The notes: a model not told the origin generated them from the sequence alone. A stretch of 64,000 bases of DNA from Thermodesulfobacteriota bacterium (GCA_963422265.1 OY729416.1:1408001-1472000), one strand, 5' to 3'. Shown: positions 30,784 through 41,494, numbered from the stretch's first letter. Program-made: numbers and translations.

Positions 30784-32793
30784 ATGAAACCAATTATAAT
30801 GGCTGTTTTGATCACGACCGCTTTTGCATTCTTTTTCTACAACATCTATAACCTTATAAAGATACTACGCTTGGGTAAGAGTGAGATGAGATTTGATAAT
30901 CTTACCGAGAGGTTTAGACGCGTTTTAGTTTACGTTTTTGGACAAAAAAGGCTTCTAAAAAACTATACCTTCGCTGGAATTGAGCATTTTATGATTTTCT
31001 GGGGCTTCGTGATTATCACTATAGGAACAATTGAAATGCTAGCTGGCGGCGTCATTGCAGGATTCAAGCTGATACCGGATCCTGCCCACGCTGTTTATGA
31101 ATTTATACTTGATATAGTTCAGCTATTTGTTCTGATAGCAATTATTATGGGAATAATCAATCGAACGACGATTGCTAAGAGAAGAGAAGTAAACGGATTA
31201 GACGCAGTGGTAATCTTGGGACTGATTTTTGGGCTTATCATAACGGCATTTGGCGCGACAGGATCAAAAATAGCTATGGCTGGAGAATTATCTGGGTGGC
31301 ATCCTGTATCCAGCACTTTTGCAGGCTTGTTCTTCTTGGGCATGAGCGAAAATGGTTTGGTTTTCTCTCACGAATTCTTCTGGTGGTTCCACGTGCTTAT
31401 AGTTCTCGGTTTTCTTAACTATCTTCCTTATTCCAAACACAGCCACGTTTTCACCGCAGTGCCAAACGTGTTTTTTCAAAATTTAGAACCCAGGGGTGCG
31501 TTGAAGCCTATTGATTTCGAGAACATGCCGGATGACATAGATCATTTTGGGGCTGGAACAATAAAAGATTTTACGTGGAAGGATATTCTGGACGCCTACA
31601 CTTGCACAGAATGCGGAAGATGCACCGATAACTGCCCAGCGTGGCACACTGAAAAACCACTTTCACCTAGGGAAATCGTTGTAAAACTTAGGCATTACGC
31701 GTCAAGCGATGGAAAAAGCCTAATGAATGAGGATGGTTCATCAAATGGAGATAGAACCGCTAAAATAATCCCCGGACCTGAATGGATTACTGAAGACGAA
31801 TTATGGGCTTGCACTAGCTGTAACGCGTGCGTGGAACAGTGTCCATTGTTCATTGACCAAATGGGGAAGATTATGGAGATGAGGCGCTTTTTAACCCTTG
31901 AGGGAAGGCTAACGGGCACAGCGGTTAAAACCTTACAAGCTCTTCAGACCCAGGGAAACCCGTGGGGATTTAGCGATAGAGATAGGGCTAAATGGGTATC
32001 CAAAGTAGATGGACTGAACATTATAGGAGAAGACGGAGTAGAAGACGCGAGCGAGTTCGACTACGTTTACTGGATGGGATGTTACGGCGGTTACGATCCC
32101 AGGGGACAGAAGATAGCGGAATCCGTTGTAAGCCTATTAATGCAGGCAGGGGTTAGATTCGCCGTTCTCGGTCAGATGGAAAGCTGCTCAGGCGATCCAG
32201 CTAGAAGGCTAGGAGAAGAAGCTCTTTATCAAATGCTTGCCACGCAAAACATTGAAAATCTTAAGGAACTTAAAGTTAAAAAGTTAATAGCCAATTGTCC
32301 TCATTGCTTTAATACGATAAAGAATGAGTACCCTCAGTTTGGTGGCAACTTTGAGGTGATCAACCACACTCAACTCTTAAACGACTTGATAAAGCAGGGC
32401 AAGCTAAATCCCACTAAGGAAGTTAATGAAAAGGTTGCTTATCATGACCCGTGCTACCTGGGCAGATATAACAGAGTGTTCGACGAACCACGGGAAGTTC
32501 TAAGGTCAATACCAGGTCTCAGCCTTGTTGAGCTTGATAGAAGACGCGAAAGAAGTTTTTGCTGTGGTGCAGGTGGTGGAAAGATATGGATGGAGGAAGA
32601 CGCTCCGCGCATAAATTGGAACAGATTTGAGGAGGTTGAATCTAAAAATCCTGACACGCTCGCCGTAGCTTGTTACTTCTGCGACACAATGTTTGAAGAC
32701 GCATCAAAACACGCTGGGAACGAAAAGATGGAGATAAAGGACATATCCGTTATCTTGAGAGAATCAATAGAACGGCAGGTTAGCAATACCTAA
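30784..32793 (+). CDS. Membrane-bound Fe-S oxidoreductase (FadF/HdrD-like, CCG domains)
   Basis: TM N-terminus; CTECGRCTDNCP, CTSCNACVEQCP; HDPCYLGR, CCGAGGG. Confidence 0.88.
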   Translation: MKPIIMAVLITTAFAFFFYNIYNLIKILRLGKSEMRFDNLTERFRRVLVYVFGQKRLLKNYTFAGIEHFMIFWGFVIITIGTIEMLAGGVIAGFKLIPDPAHAVYEFILDIVQLFVLIAIIMGIINRTTIAKRREVNGLDAVVILGLIFGLIITAFGATGSKIAMAGELSGWHPVSSTFAGLFFLGMSENGLVFSHEFFWWFHVLIVLGFLNYLPYSKHSHVFTAVPNVFFQNLEPRGALKPIDFENMPDDIDHFGAGTIKDFTWKDILDAYTCTECGRCTDNCPAWHTEKPLSPREIVVKLRHYASSDGKSLMNEDGSSNGDRTAKIIPGPEWITEDELWACTSCNACVEQCPLFIDQMGKIMEMRRFLTLEGRLTGTAVKTLQALQTQGNPWGFSDRDRAKWVSKVDGLNIIGEDGVEDASEFDYVYWMGCYGGYDPRGQKIAESVVSLLMQAGVRFAVLGQMESCSGDPARRLGEEALYQMLATQNIENLKELKVKKLIANCPHCFNTIKNEYPQFGGNFEVINHTQLLNDLIKQGKLNPTKEVNEKVAYHDPCYLGRYNRVFDEPREVLRSIPGLSLVELDRRRERSFCCGAGGGKIWMEEDAPRINWNRFEEVESKNPDTLAVACYFCDTMFEDASKHAGNEKMEIKDISVILRESIERQVSNT

Positions 32794-33380
32794 ATTAAAC
32801 AACATATAAACCCCATTGTTTACCGCTTTCCCTCACATGCACACGCTAACTGAAGTGCTGTTGTATAGGATGTTTATCTTATCACCCTTCTTACGCTAAA
32901 CAAGTACCATTTCCTGAAGGAAGAAGACAGATGCAAATACCCTTTTAATGAGATTCGTAGATAGGCAGAAAACATCCTAACCTACTGCTATTATTAGATA
33001 TTTTAGGCAAGAGAGAGTTTAGTCTTTTAATTATAGTGTAGTAAATGATCCTTCTTTCTATCAATTATAGAACACAAACAACAGATAAATCAATGTACTT
33101 TATCAATACCCTTGCACGTAATTATAGTATCCAAAACAGAACAGCTACTTGTTTTTCTTACTCTTTTTTAACGACAGGTTTGGAGACCGGGACATTTGTA
33201 AGAGTTAATTGATTCTTTACTATTATAGGTCTATGATTCGCTACTATAGTAATAAAAGCTACACGTCTCGAACCAATTCCGTTTTTTAGCTTTGGCTCTG
33301 TGTAACTTACACCCGTAACACCATAGACTTCCCCTTTGTTTATGTTTTGATCCTTTTCGTGAGTTCTATGGTAATGGTGT

Positions 33381-33457
33381 CTGATCTGCTTTTTCTCGTT
33401 TGTCGTTTCACGTGCAACATGTCCTTTATTATTGTTGCATGGATTTTAGAGAATTCC
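33381..33457 (+). pseudogene. Short relic copy of pabB
   Basis: 33405-33457 aligns ungapped to 34113-34165 (18-nt exact core GTTTCACGTGCAACATGT; 41/53 identical by manual count). Confidence 0.7.
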
Positions 33458-33543
33458 GTCTCTTACATTGATATCTGCATAGGGCTTACTTCAACAGATT
33501 TTACTTATCTTGTAAATATAACCTATGGGGTTAAGCTTTCCCC

Positions 33544-34782
33544 ATGTATGAAACGACTTTGTACTCATCTCTCTTCTTAGACTCAGGAGGGGGCTGGCTA
33601 GGAAATTCTAACGTAAAAAATTCGTATATTCAGTTTAGTCGGCCTGAAGTTACCTTTTATTTTGATAACGGTCTTGTAACTATTAATTCTAAGGAAGGTG
33701 CTTCCAAATCAAGGTGCGATCCGTTATTGCTACTAGAAGATTTTTTGAAGAAAGGATATATCGCTACTGGCTATATAGGTTACGAGTTCTCTACCCATAC
33801 AGACACAGGTTTTATCCCTAGCTATGCAAAGAATGACAAGAGGTTACCGGATCTGTTTTTTTTGTTATTTAGACCTGACCAGGTGACAATGGGCGATTGG
33901 AGTAACCTTAAAGATGAAACCTGCCAAGCTACTAAGGACGCATATGAGCATGACGACCTATATATATTGTCTAATATGAGCAAGGATGATTATAAAGATA
34001 AGGTGAGATTAGCAAAGGGTTTCATAAAGAGTGGGGATATATATCAGGTCAACCTTTCACAGCGCTTTACATGTGCAGCTAAGTTTATTCCGCTCTCCTA
34101 TTTCCTGGAATTGTTTCACGTGCAACATGTTCCCTATGGTTGCTATATGGATTTCGGACAATTTCAGTTGATCAGCGGGTCAATGGAGCTTTTCCTCCGT
34201 AAAAACGGGGAAAATATAGCTACAATGCCAATAAAGGGAACGGCTAAAAGGGGGATTTCACAAAAGGAAGATGTGATGAACAAGACAAAACTGTTAGACA
34301 GCAAAAAGGAGAGAGCTGAGAATTTGATGATTGTTGATCTTATGAGGAACGATTTAAGCAGGATATGCAGACACGGCAGTGTAAAGGTCAATCAATTATT
34401 TAGTATAGAAAGCTATTCTACGCTTCATCAAATGGTATCGGAAGTAGAAGGTAAACTTAAAGACGGAACTAATCTTAGGGATATAATAAGAAATGTTTTC
34501 CCCCCGGGCTCAGTTACAGGAGCTCCCAAGAAGAGAGCTCTTGAGATCATAGACCTACTTGAACCTCATTACAGGGGACCATATTGCGGAACAGTTGGGA
34601 TTTTTTACCCGGATGGAGACTTTACGCTAAGCGTCGGTATAAGAGTGTTGGTAGTAGAGCAAAACACTGCTAGATATTGGGCTGGAAGTGGCATCGTATG
34701 GGATTCTGACCCCGACGAGGAATATGAAGAAACTCTATTGAAAGCGTCTGCGATAAGAAAGGCTTCGGAGATTACAGGCTAA
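33544..34782 (+). CDS. pabB: Aminodeoxychorismate synthase component I
   Basis: GDIYQVNLSQRF, PIKGT, KERAENLMIVDLMRNDL, FPPGSVTGAPK. Confidence 0.9.
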   Translation: MYETTLYSSLFLDSGGGWLGNSNVKNSYIQFSRPEVTFYFDNGLVTINSKEGASKSRCDPLLLLEDFLKKGYIATGYIGYEFSTHTDTGFIPSYAKNDKRLPDLFFLLFRPDQVTMGDWSNLKDETCQATKDAYEHDDLYILSNMSKDDYKDKVRLAKGFIKSGDIYQVNLSQRFTCAAKFIPLSYFLELFHVQHVPYGCYMDFGQFQLISGSMELFLRKNGENIATMPIKGTAKRGISQKEDVMNKTKLLDSKKERAENLMIVDLMRNDLSRICRHGSVKVNQLFSIESYSTLHQMVSEVEGKLKDGTNLRDIIRNVFPPGSVTGAPKKRALEIIDLLEPHYRGPYCGTVGIFYPDGDFTLSVGIRVLVVEQNTARYWAGSGIVWDSDPDEEYEETLLKASAIRKASEITG

Positions 34783-34798
34783 TTTCCGAGAGGTCAAT

Positions 34799-35611
34799 AT
34801 GAACGAACAAATATACGTGAATGGGGAAGTTGTCTCTAGTGATTTGCCTTTAAGGTCTTTGTTTTATGGCGAAGGGGTTTTTGAAACCTTTCGCTATAAA
34901 TCAAAGTTACCTGCTTATTTCCACAAGCATTATTCGCGAATGAGCCAAGGAGCTACATTAATTAAAATTCCCATACCGGACGCGGTTCACGTTAAAGAAC
35001 TTATTGATAAAGCAAGTTTCAACACTGATATAGAAGACGCCTATGTCAAAGTTTGCCTTCTCTCAGAAGGACGTTCAGAATTCCATAAATATTCTGAGAG
35101 TAGTAAAGCCCTTGTTATCATAAGAGAATATAAAAAGCCACCTGATACCGTAACCGTTTGGGTTAACTCGTTTAATAGAAATTCTTCGTCTCCAATCCTT
35201 CGGATTAAATCTTTAAACTACCTGGAAAATGTTTTAGCAAGACGAGCTGCAATCGATTTAGGGTTTGACGAAGCGCTTTTTTTGAACGATAGGCAAGAGA
35301 TCACCGAAGGGGCGGCGAGCAATATATTCTGGTTGAAAGATGAAGCCCTATTCACGCCATCTCCAGAGTGTGGACTCCTCCCAGGTGTGACAAGAAGCTT
35401 GTTGTTAGACATATCAGCAGAAATTGGATTATACGTTAGAGAGGGTAGATATAGTTTGCAGGATATACTAGGATCAGAATGCGCATTTTTTACGAATTCA
35501 GTTATTGGGGCAGTCAGAATTTCTAAAATAAATGAATCTGAAATGCCCATAGATAATGACGCGTTTACAGTGTTGGCAGTTAAACTAGCCCAAAAATTAA
35601 TGTGGGAGTAG
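34799..35611 (+). CDS. pabC: Aminotransferase class IV, probable aminodeoxychorismate lyase
   Basis: YGEGVFETFR, KSLNY, EGAASNIF, LPGVTR; adjacent to pabB. Confidence 0.8.
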   Translation: MNEQIYVNGEVVSSDLPLRSLFYGEGVFETFRYKSKLPAYFHKHYSRMSQGATLIKIPIPDAVHVKELIDKASFNTDIEDAYVKVCLLSEGRSEFHKYSESSKALVIIREYKKPPDTVTVWVNSFNRNSSSPILRIKSLNYLENVLARRAAIDLGFDEALFLNDRQEITEGAASNIFWLKDEALFTPSPECGLLPGVTRSLLLDISAEIGLYVREGRYSLQDILGSECAFFTNSVIGAVRISKINESEMPIDNDAFTVLAVKLAQKLMWE

Positions 35612-35980
35612 CAGCACCCCCGCCTGTCCTTATTCTACCTATCTTCATTCACTCTCTCAAAGTATATAAGCTGTTCTTTGCAAAGGTGATTCATACTCTA
35701 AATAACAATTTCCTAACAATGAAAGAAACGATTTGCAATTATGAAACAAAGTCAATTTATTCAATGATAACAGTATATTAGAGCAGAATAACGAGAAGAA
35801 GTTGGTATGAGAAAAGGGTTGGTCAAAAGGTCACCTAGCTAGATACCTCAGCTTAGGGCTTTTTGGTAGATGCGATAAAAACAATCTAGCCTTCATTCAC
35901 TCTCACTCTGGAGTGGAAACGACCAACCTAATAAAACAAGCTTTAAAATTCAAGTTTTATTTGCTAAGATCATAAATAGT

Positions 35981-36142
35981 TTCATTATCTTCACCGCCGA
36001 ACTGCCTAAAACGAGAAGTGGAAAGATAACGAGGAGGTTCTTAAAAACATCGCTGGAGGATCAGTCTGCGAGACACTACAATACTAGCTGACTGATCCAT
36101 TGTGAATGAACTCAAAGGGCAATATGAATATAAGGAGGGTGA
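35981..36142 (+). pseudogene. C-terminal relic of acetyl-CoA synthetase
   Basis: Manual translation FIIFTAELPKTRSGKITRRFLK / DTTILAD*SIVNELK; LPKTRSGK motif, frameshift and stop. Confidence 0.75.
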
Positions 36143-36155
36143 TGAGACATATTAG

Positions 36156-36483
36156 TTATTTGACCCGCGCACGTGGAATGTAGGGACTAGTCGGATCGAC
36201 CGCAACTTCCCTGCGACTTGGGTTAATTACCAAATCCATATCTTCCATCGGCACTGCTCCCATCAACACTTCATCACCAAAAACCAGCGCCCCGACGTAG
36301 CAGAATCTCTTGTCAAATGTAATCTTTATGGGTCCAACGTATGGAACGTTTACGCTCTTACCGTCTGTAAACGAGACCTCCCTCATGGATTCAGTGTTGA
36401 GATCAAGTACTTTATACTTTAATAGAGGCTAAATCCTTACGCCTCGAATTGCTTAATTCTATCTCGGCAAAAGCGTATCCCAT
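36156..36483 (-). pseudogene. Clan AA aspartic protease with internal deletion
   Basis: MGYAFAEIELSN..LASIKV* then other frame LDLNTESMREV..VPYVGP..LMGAVPMEDMDLVINP; DTG segment missing. Confidence 0.7.
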
Positions 36484-36580
36484 AATCTACCTCGCAAGCA
36501 ACTCTTAATACTATATACATTATTAGCTAAGGCTTGAGAACAGTTAAAAAGAGAGAACAGGTATTTCGTTAGCTGCCTTC

Positions 36581-37260
36581 TTACTTAATGTGTTTTCCCA
36601 ATACACTTTCGACATAATCTGGCGACATAATCTGGAAATTCTTCTTGCACCTTGGATGCCTCTTCACATAAGTGGTCGTATTCAATTACCTCTTTACCAG
36701 ACTATATAATAAATATCTAATCGCCTAATATCTCGCTCACAATATGACTATACGATTCTGGATATGCCCAATAGCACGACTGGCAAGTGTTAACTTCTTT
36801 GACTTTCCAATTTTCACAATTCTCGCAACTCCACGATTTAGCTCTATTGGCGGATGCGCATAAAAGCATATACTCTCTAGGATCATCAGAAAGCTCTCCA
36901 TTAACACATATTACTTCAAATGGGATTCTATGATCAATTTGCAATTCCCTGTCAGAAAACGTCTCAAGATAGATATTGCAACGAGAACCATATCTCTATC
37001 CACTAGTGCAAACTTGAGTTTAGAAGAGAACAATGTCCTACCGGAAAACTGAGTAGCTCGCACTTCCTACTAGTCTTCAATACGACGACCTTTCTACCAT
37101 CTGGACCTGTAACATAAAACTTTATTATCGGAATGCCTTGTTATCTAACATCTCGCACTGCTCACGGTGGATGATTGTAGCCGCATAACTCTTTCAATTC
37201 CTCCGTAGTGACCTAGAGAATGTGATCCTATTACAGCTCTAGGGCGTTTTACTTTAATCC
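36581..37260 (-). pseudogene. SphI-like HNH restriction endonuclease, degraded
   Basis: KRPRAVI/DHIL*, GYNHPP*AVRDVR*QGIP, GPDGRK, QIDHRIPF, LCASANRAKSWSCENC..CQSCYWAYPE; several stops and frameshifts. Confidence 0.75.
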
Positions 37261-37291
37261 TAAAACTTTAGTCTCGAGATTTGGATACTTA

Positions 37292-37516
37292 CTAAACTTC
37301 AATAATGATTTTGTGCGAGTGGCTTTTAAGTTTTTTTAGCCGCTTGGGATTTAAGAAAGATTCCGAGACATTCCTTAATACAACAGTAGCGTTAAACATG
37401 CGAGCCAACTCCACAATCTCATCTAGGCTGTCCTCATATTCAATCACATCTAAAGAAACGTTGAATCCGATTTGTATAAGCTCTATGACTTTTGAAAGGT
37501 TGGGGGGGTCAGACAT
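37292..37516 (-). CDS. Small hypothetical protein
   Basis: 74 aa; start overlaps stop of upstream ATPase. Confidence 0.6.
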   Translation of the reverse strand: MSDPPNLSKVIELIQIGFNVSLDVIEYEDSLDEIVELARMFNATVVLRNVSESFLNPKRLKKLKSHSHKIIIEV

Positions 37517-38667
37517 CAGGCCATCTCCTGTTTGCCGGATACTAACTTGTCAAGTATTTCATTTTGAATACGTTCAATCTCACCTTTCGCGCGGGAAATT
37601 TCATCTATTGATTTACCTCTCTCCCTACACTCTTCCACAATTCTATCTAGCTCTGAGCCTATGTGCTTTAGCTTTGTCTGCGCCTCTATGCTTGCCTTTA
37701 TAGATATTTCTTCGCTTTCCCATTCGCGTTTTGAATAAGCGTTCAGCTCTCTTGCTTGAATCCGCAATTCCCTTATTCTGTCTTTATAGCCGTAAAGCGC
37801 TTGGTAAATCACCGAACGAATTTCAGATTTCTCTCCAGGATCTCTCCACAGTACGTTTTCCAGCAAACGCAGATCATCCTCCGCTACTTCATCATTGCCA
37901 TTCATGTAGGCTTTTGCCTTAAGTAGAGATACGGACTGCTTATACCTTCTATCTGATGGAGTTATACCTTTTTTGCTGAGCCCTTTTCTGATGCGCGATA
38001 TCAGAATAAGCACGTTTGCAGGCACCCTAACCTCACTCACCTGAGATTGACACCATTTCAACTCTTCCTGAGTTATTCTTATGGACCCATTTTGAACCGA
38101 GTCGCTACGTATCATTTTTAGAAATCTGAAATCCTCTTTTATATAATCAACTACGTATCTAAGTAGAAATCTGTCGTAAAGGGCTTCAAGCTCATCCTCT
38201 TCTGAAGGAAGCTCGTTGCTTGATCCGAAAACTGAAACAAGCGGCACGCTCAAAGCGTCTGTGCCATTATAAAATATCCGTTCGTTCATTACTGTAAGCA
38301 GGGTATTTAGTATTGAAGAGCTAGACTTAAACACCTCGTCCAAAAACGCTATATTAGCTTCGGGCAACTTCCCCTTAACAACCCTTCTATATTCGTCATT
38401 CTCAAGCCCCTTTAGGCTTACGGCGCCAAACAGCTCTTCTGGGGTCGTGAACTTCGTCAGTAGCCACTGAAAATATCGTGCACCCTCAATTCTATTGCAA
38501 AGCTCGTTAGAAAGCTGCGATTTAGCTGTCCCCGGAGGTCCTATCATAAGCAAGTGATTGCGTGTAAGCAGGGCGTAGAAAGCACCCTCTATGACGTCCT
38601 CCCTTTCGTAATACTTATTATTTAGGTCACTTTTTATCTTCGTTAATTTTTCTAAGACTCTCTCCAT
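37516..38667 (-). CDS. MoxR/RavA-like AAA+ ATPase
   Basis: GPPGTAKS, TKFTTPEELFG, FLDEVFK.SSSILNTLL, ALYDRFL. Confidence 0.9.
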   Translation of the reverse strand: MERVLEKLTKIKSDLNNKYYEREDVIEGAFYALLTRNHLLMIGPPGTAKSQLSNELCNRIEGARYFQWLLTKFTTPEELFGAVSLKGLENDEYRRVVKGKLPEANIAFLDEVFKSSSSILNTLLTVMNERIFYNGTDALSVPLVSVFGSSNELPSEEDELEALYDRFLLRYVVDYIKEDFRFLKMIRSDSVQNGSIRITQEELKWCQSQVSEVRVPANVLILISRIRKGLSKKGITPSDRRYKQSVSLLKAKAYMNGNDEVAEDDLRLLENVLWRDPGEKSEIRSVIYQALYGYKDRIRELRIQARELNAYSKREWESEEISIKASIEAQTKLKHIGSELDRIVEECRERGKSIDEISRAKGEIERIQNEILDKLVSGKQEMA

Positions 38668-39776
38668 GCTATTATATCGACTACCGTCCTCTTGTTAGAC
38701 TTTGTCTTTTTTAAAATCGCTTCTATAATAGATTTAGTGGGAGCATATACGCCTAAGCTTCCTATAGACCTTACAGTGAAAGTCTCACTTTGCCCAGAGG
38801 AATGCGCAACGCCAGCCAATCCAGCGCTTATTTGAGCAGCCGGTTCTACGTCGTTCGCTATCTCCCTAGCTTTATTTAAGGTAATTATCGGGTCATCTTT
38901 CCTAGCCTCTATAACCCCTTTGGCTATTCTCTCAGCTACGTCGTCTGAAACTTCATTTACGTTAAACGCGTCCTGAGGACGTATCGCCGGCGCGGCTGAG
39001 GCTTTAACCGCGGCTATAATTACAGGCCTTGAAGCAGTGCTGAAATTTATCTTTTTATTATTTGGGTAAATGGTGACGTATCGCTTTATTTTATTGAAAA
39101 GTTCATCATCCATGCCATCTATTAAACGAATCTCTTGAACGCTATCCAACTTGCCGTCTTTTATGCTATAAGGACTTTCAAGACTCAGGTAAAAACCCGC
39201 CTGTGCGCCCTCAGGGTACTGATCATTTATCGCATTCTCTAGCGGAGCGTCAAGCCAGTTCACTAAACTTGCTATAAACCTTTCCGACTTGCCTTGATCA
39301 ATGTTAAGGTATCTAAAAAGCTCTCGTAACTCAATTAGTACCTGCCAGTCGATTGCGTTAGAATCCCTGCTAACTAGGGCATTCAGATTGATCTTAGACC
39401 TTTCATCTGTAACCTTAATGGATGCCCCACCGTTCCCAACTGGGAAAAATGGCACCTCAATTGTCCAATATCCGTCGTCGGAGCTACCACTTCCTCTACC
39501 CAATGCTGTATTTATGTCTATTATCCCTTCAGGTGCTCTCTGCCTAAGGGTTCCAGCCGCAATGTGAACGCCTGATTTAGCTATATAACGCGCTTTAATC
39601 TCATCCCTTGTATTTGACGATATTTCCATATCTATTCGGATAAAGTATATGAGATCGACGACAAGAATCGTGAGAACAGATAAAATTATTATCACTACTA
39701 TCAGCACGATTCCTTTCTCGGAATCCCTTTGTCTAACCGCGTCGTTTAAGTCACGCCTTTTCATATTATCCTGCAC
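38652..39776 (-). CDS. gspK: T2SS minor pseudopilin K
   Basis: KGIVLI TM, DERSKINLN, WLD, KINFSTAS; operon order. Confidence 0.88.
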   Translation of the reverse strand: MQDNMKRRDLNDAVRQRDSEKGIVLIVVIIILSVLTILVVDLIYFIRIDMEISSNTRDEIKARYIAKSGVHIAAGTLRQRAPEGIIDINTALGRGSGSSDDGYWTIEVPFFPVGNGGASIKVTDERSKINLNALVSRDSNAIDWQVLIELRELFRYLNIDQGKSERFIASLVNWLDAPLENAINDQYPEGAQAGFYLSLESPYSIKDGKLDSVQEIRLIDGMDDELFNKIKRYVTIYPNNKKINFSTASRPVIIAAVKASAAPAIRPQDAFNVNEVSDDVAERIAKGVIEARKDDPIITLNKAREIANDVEPAAQISAGLAGVAHSSGQSETFTVRSIGSLGVYAPTKSIIEAILKKTKSNKRTVVDIIAWRES

Positions 39777-39896
39777 GGCTTGCGCCGTCCGCTTAGAAGT
39801 AGAATCCTAAAACAGATTTCCTTATTACAGACAAGAAAATATAGATGCTTTTTACGCCTAACCCTTATGCACTCTCTGACAAGTCATATATGGCTG

Positions 39897-40565
39897 TCAA
39901 TTCGCCGCTGGCATCAACACCAGAGAGCTAAATTCAACGTCCTCTCCTCTTATATCTCTCATAACTAATCGCACCCTAACTGCCTTTGGCAAAGTGGAAG
40001 TTATGCTAGAGTCCCACTCCAATAAGTATTTATCATCAAATTTGTCTGGTCTTGGATCTTTTGGATTTAGAGGGTGCGCAAGGTCAAATCGGACGATCCT
40101 CTCGGATAATGTATATTGAGTGTTATTCTCCACTCCTAATACAGGTTTATTACCTCTAACAAGAGCGAAGAGATCGGCAGGGTCCTCTAACGGCTTTACA
40201 AAGTAGCTTATCTCAGTTTGATCAGATTCCCGATGATTAAAAGAAGGATTTCCAGACAAGGAAGTAAATTCCAATGAGCTGTTTCCATACTCTCGTTTTG
40301 CTAGAAAAAATTGAGAATTGGCATTATCTAATTGTGAATTAACACGTTTTATCGGGTGCGCGGATGCCAGGTCTTTTGTTATTCTTGACATTATAGCGTT
40401 TGCTTCGTGGTAAAACTCAAGCTCTTCTTCGGTTCTTTCCTTCGCTTTAATTATCTGAAAGAAAGAGACATAGAGAACGGTTAGGACTATAGACCCAATA
40501 AATATAGCTATAAGTACCTCAATAAGGGTAAATCCCTCATTTGTAGTTCGACATAGCAGTCGCAA
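39897..40565 (-). CDS. gspJ: T2SS minor pseudopilin J
   Basis: GFTLIEVL prepilin motif; EWDS...LPKAVRVRL. Confidence 0.85.
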   Translation of the reverse strand: MRLLCRTTNEGFTLIEVLIAIFIGSIVLTVLYVSFFQIIKAKERTEEELEFYHEANAIMSRITKDLASAHPIKRVNSQLDNANSQFFLAKREYGNSSLEFTSLSGNPSFNHRESDQTEISYFVKPLEDPADLFALVRGNKPVLGVENNTQYTLSERIVRFDLAHPLNPKDPRPDKFDDKYLLEWDSSITSTLPKAVRVRLVMRDIRGEDVEFSSLVLMPAAN

Positions 40566-41007
40566 CCTTCAACTCCTTATTCCCTTTATCCCAGCTTATA
40601 GTTAGAAGGACAAGTCTTATATCTACCCCAAGGCTTTTTATATTGTAGGGGCTTATAGAAAGATTCCAATCAAATTCAGGATACTCTTTGAACGTTCCGC
40701 GACGTTCACCAACGCTAGGATAGCCTTCAAGTTCTAATTCTACAAGCTTGCTTTGAGCTAATGTTGACGCGACAGACAAGTTTTTTGATTGAAATGCTAG
40801 AGACAAACTCTTATTTACCGCTCCTAAGAGGATCGCAAATGAACCGCTTATAATCGCAAGCGCTACGAGCACTTCGAGCAGAGTAAACCCTTCTTCTCCG
40901 TTGTTTTGCCTAGCGCCCTCAAATGCCCCCTTTTGCTTCCCAATATCTGAATACACAATAGGAACAACACGCTTATTATTTTCTAAGAAGCTCGATGTAT
41001 TCATCAT
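40537..41007 (-). CDS. gspI: T2SS minor pseudopilin I
   Basis: GFTLLEVLVALAI; operon order. Confidence 0.82.
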   Translation of the reverse strand: MMNTSSFLENNKRVVPIVYSDIGKQKGAFEGARQNNGEEGFTLLEVLVALAIISGSFAILLGAVNKSLSLAFQSKNLSVASTLAQSKLVELELEGYPSVGERRGTFKEYPEFDWNLSISPYNIKSLGVDIRLVLLTISWDKGNKELKVATAMSNYK

Positions 41008-41494
41008 ATACTTTCGTCCTACCCGTATGGGGCTTTGTCTCTAAGGTGTAATGGATTTTATTACTAGTCGTTTCCAAGTGAATAGCGGCGGGTTCTACAA
41101 AGCCAGTAGGTAGAAACAGTATAAATCTCTCAGAGTCTTTGAAACTGGCTCTCGCGAGACTACGCCCGGTTATCACGTCCTTAAAATAAACACCGGAGGG
41201 CAAAACTCTTTTTCTATGAGAGGGATCCGCAGATTTCACGTATCTGTTACCCTGAAGCGTCTCTATCCAATACTCACCAGTTTCTATATTGAATCTAAGT
41301 TTATATATATTTTTCTTAAAAACCGCCTCGTTATATAAATACTTAATCGTTCTGCTAAGGTTACGAGAGGCACTTTTAACTTTCGTTTCACCACCTCCTA
41401 TGTTGATTCTGGGCACGGCAACAAACACGAAAGCGCCTAGTAGCGTAATTACTACTAAAAGCTCAATAAGGCTAAATCCCTCGTCGTTCTTCAT
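40976..41494 (-). CDS. gspH: T2SS minor pseudopilin H
   Basis: GFSLIELLVV; follows gspG. Confidence 0.82.
   Translation of the reverse strand: MKNDEGFSLIELLVVITLLGAFVFVAVPRINIGGGETKVKSASRNLSRTIKYLYNEAVFKKNIYKLRFNIETGEYWIETLQGNRYVKSADPSHRKRVLPSGVYFKDVITGRSLARASFKDSERFILFLPTGFVEPAAIHLETTSNKIHYTLETKPHTGRTKVYDEYIELLRK

Noticed and set aside
33347-33580. 77-aa ORF upstream of pabB as a real gene
   Set aside because: Overlaps the pabB relic mostly out of frame and the pabB start; no recognisable features
33405-34165. Diversity-generating retroelement TR/VR pair
   Set aside because: Mismatches are not adenine-specific, the match is short, and no reverse transcriptase is present
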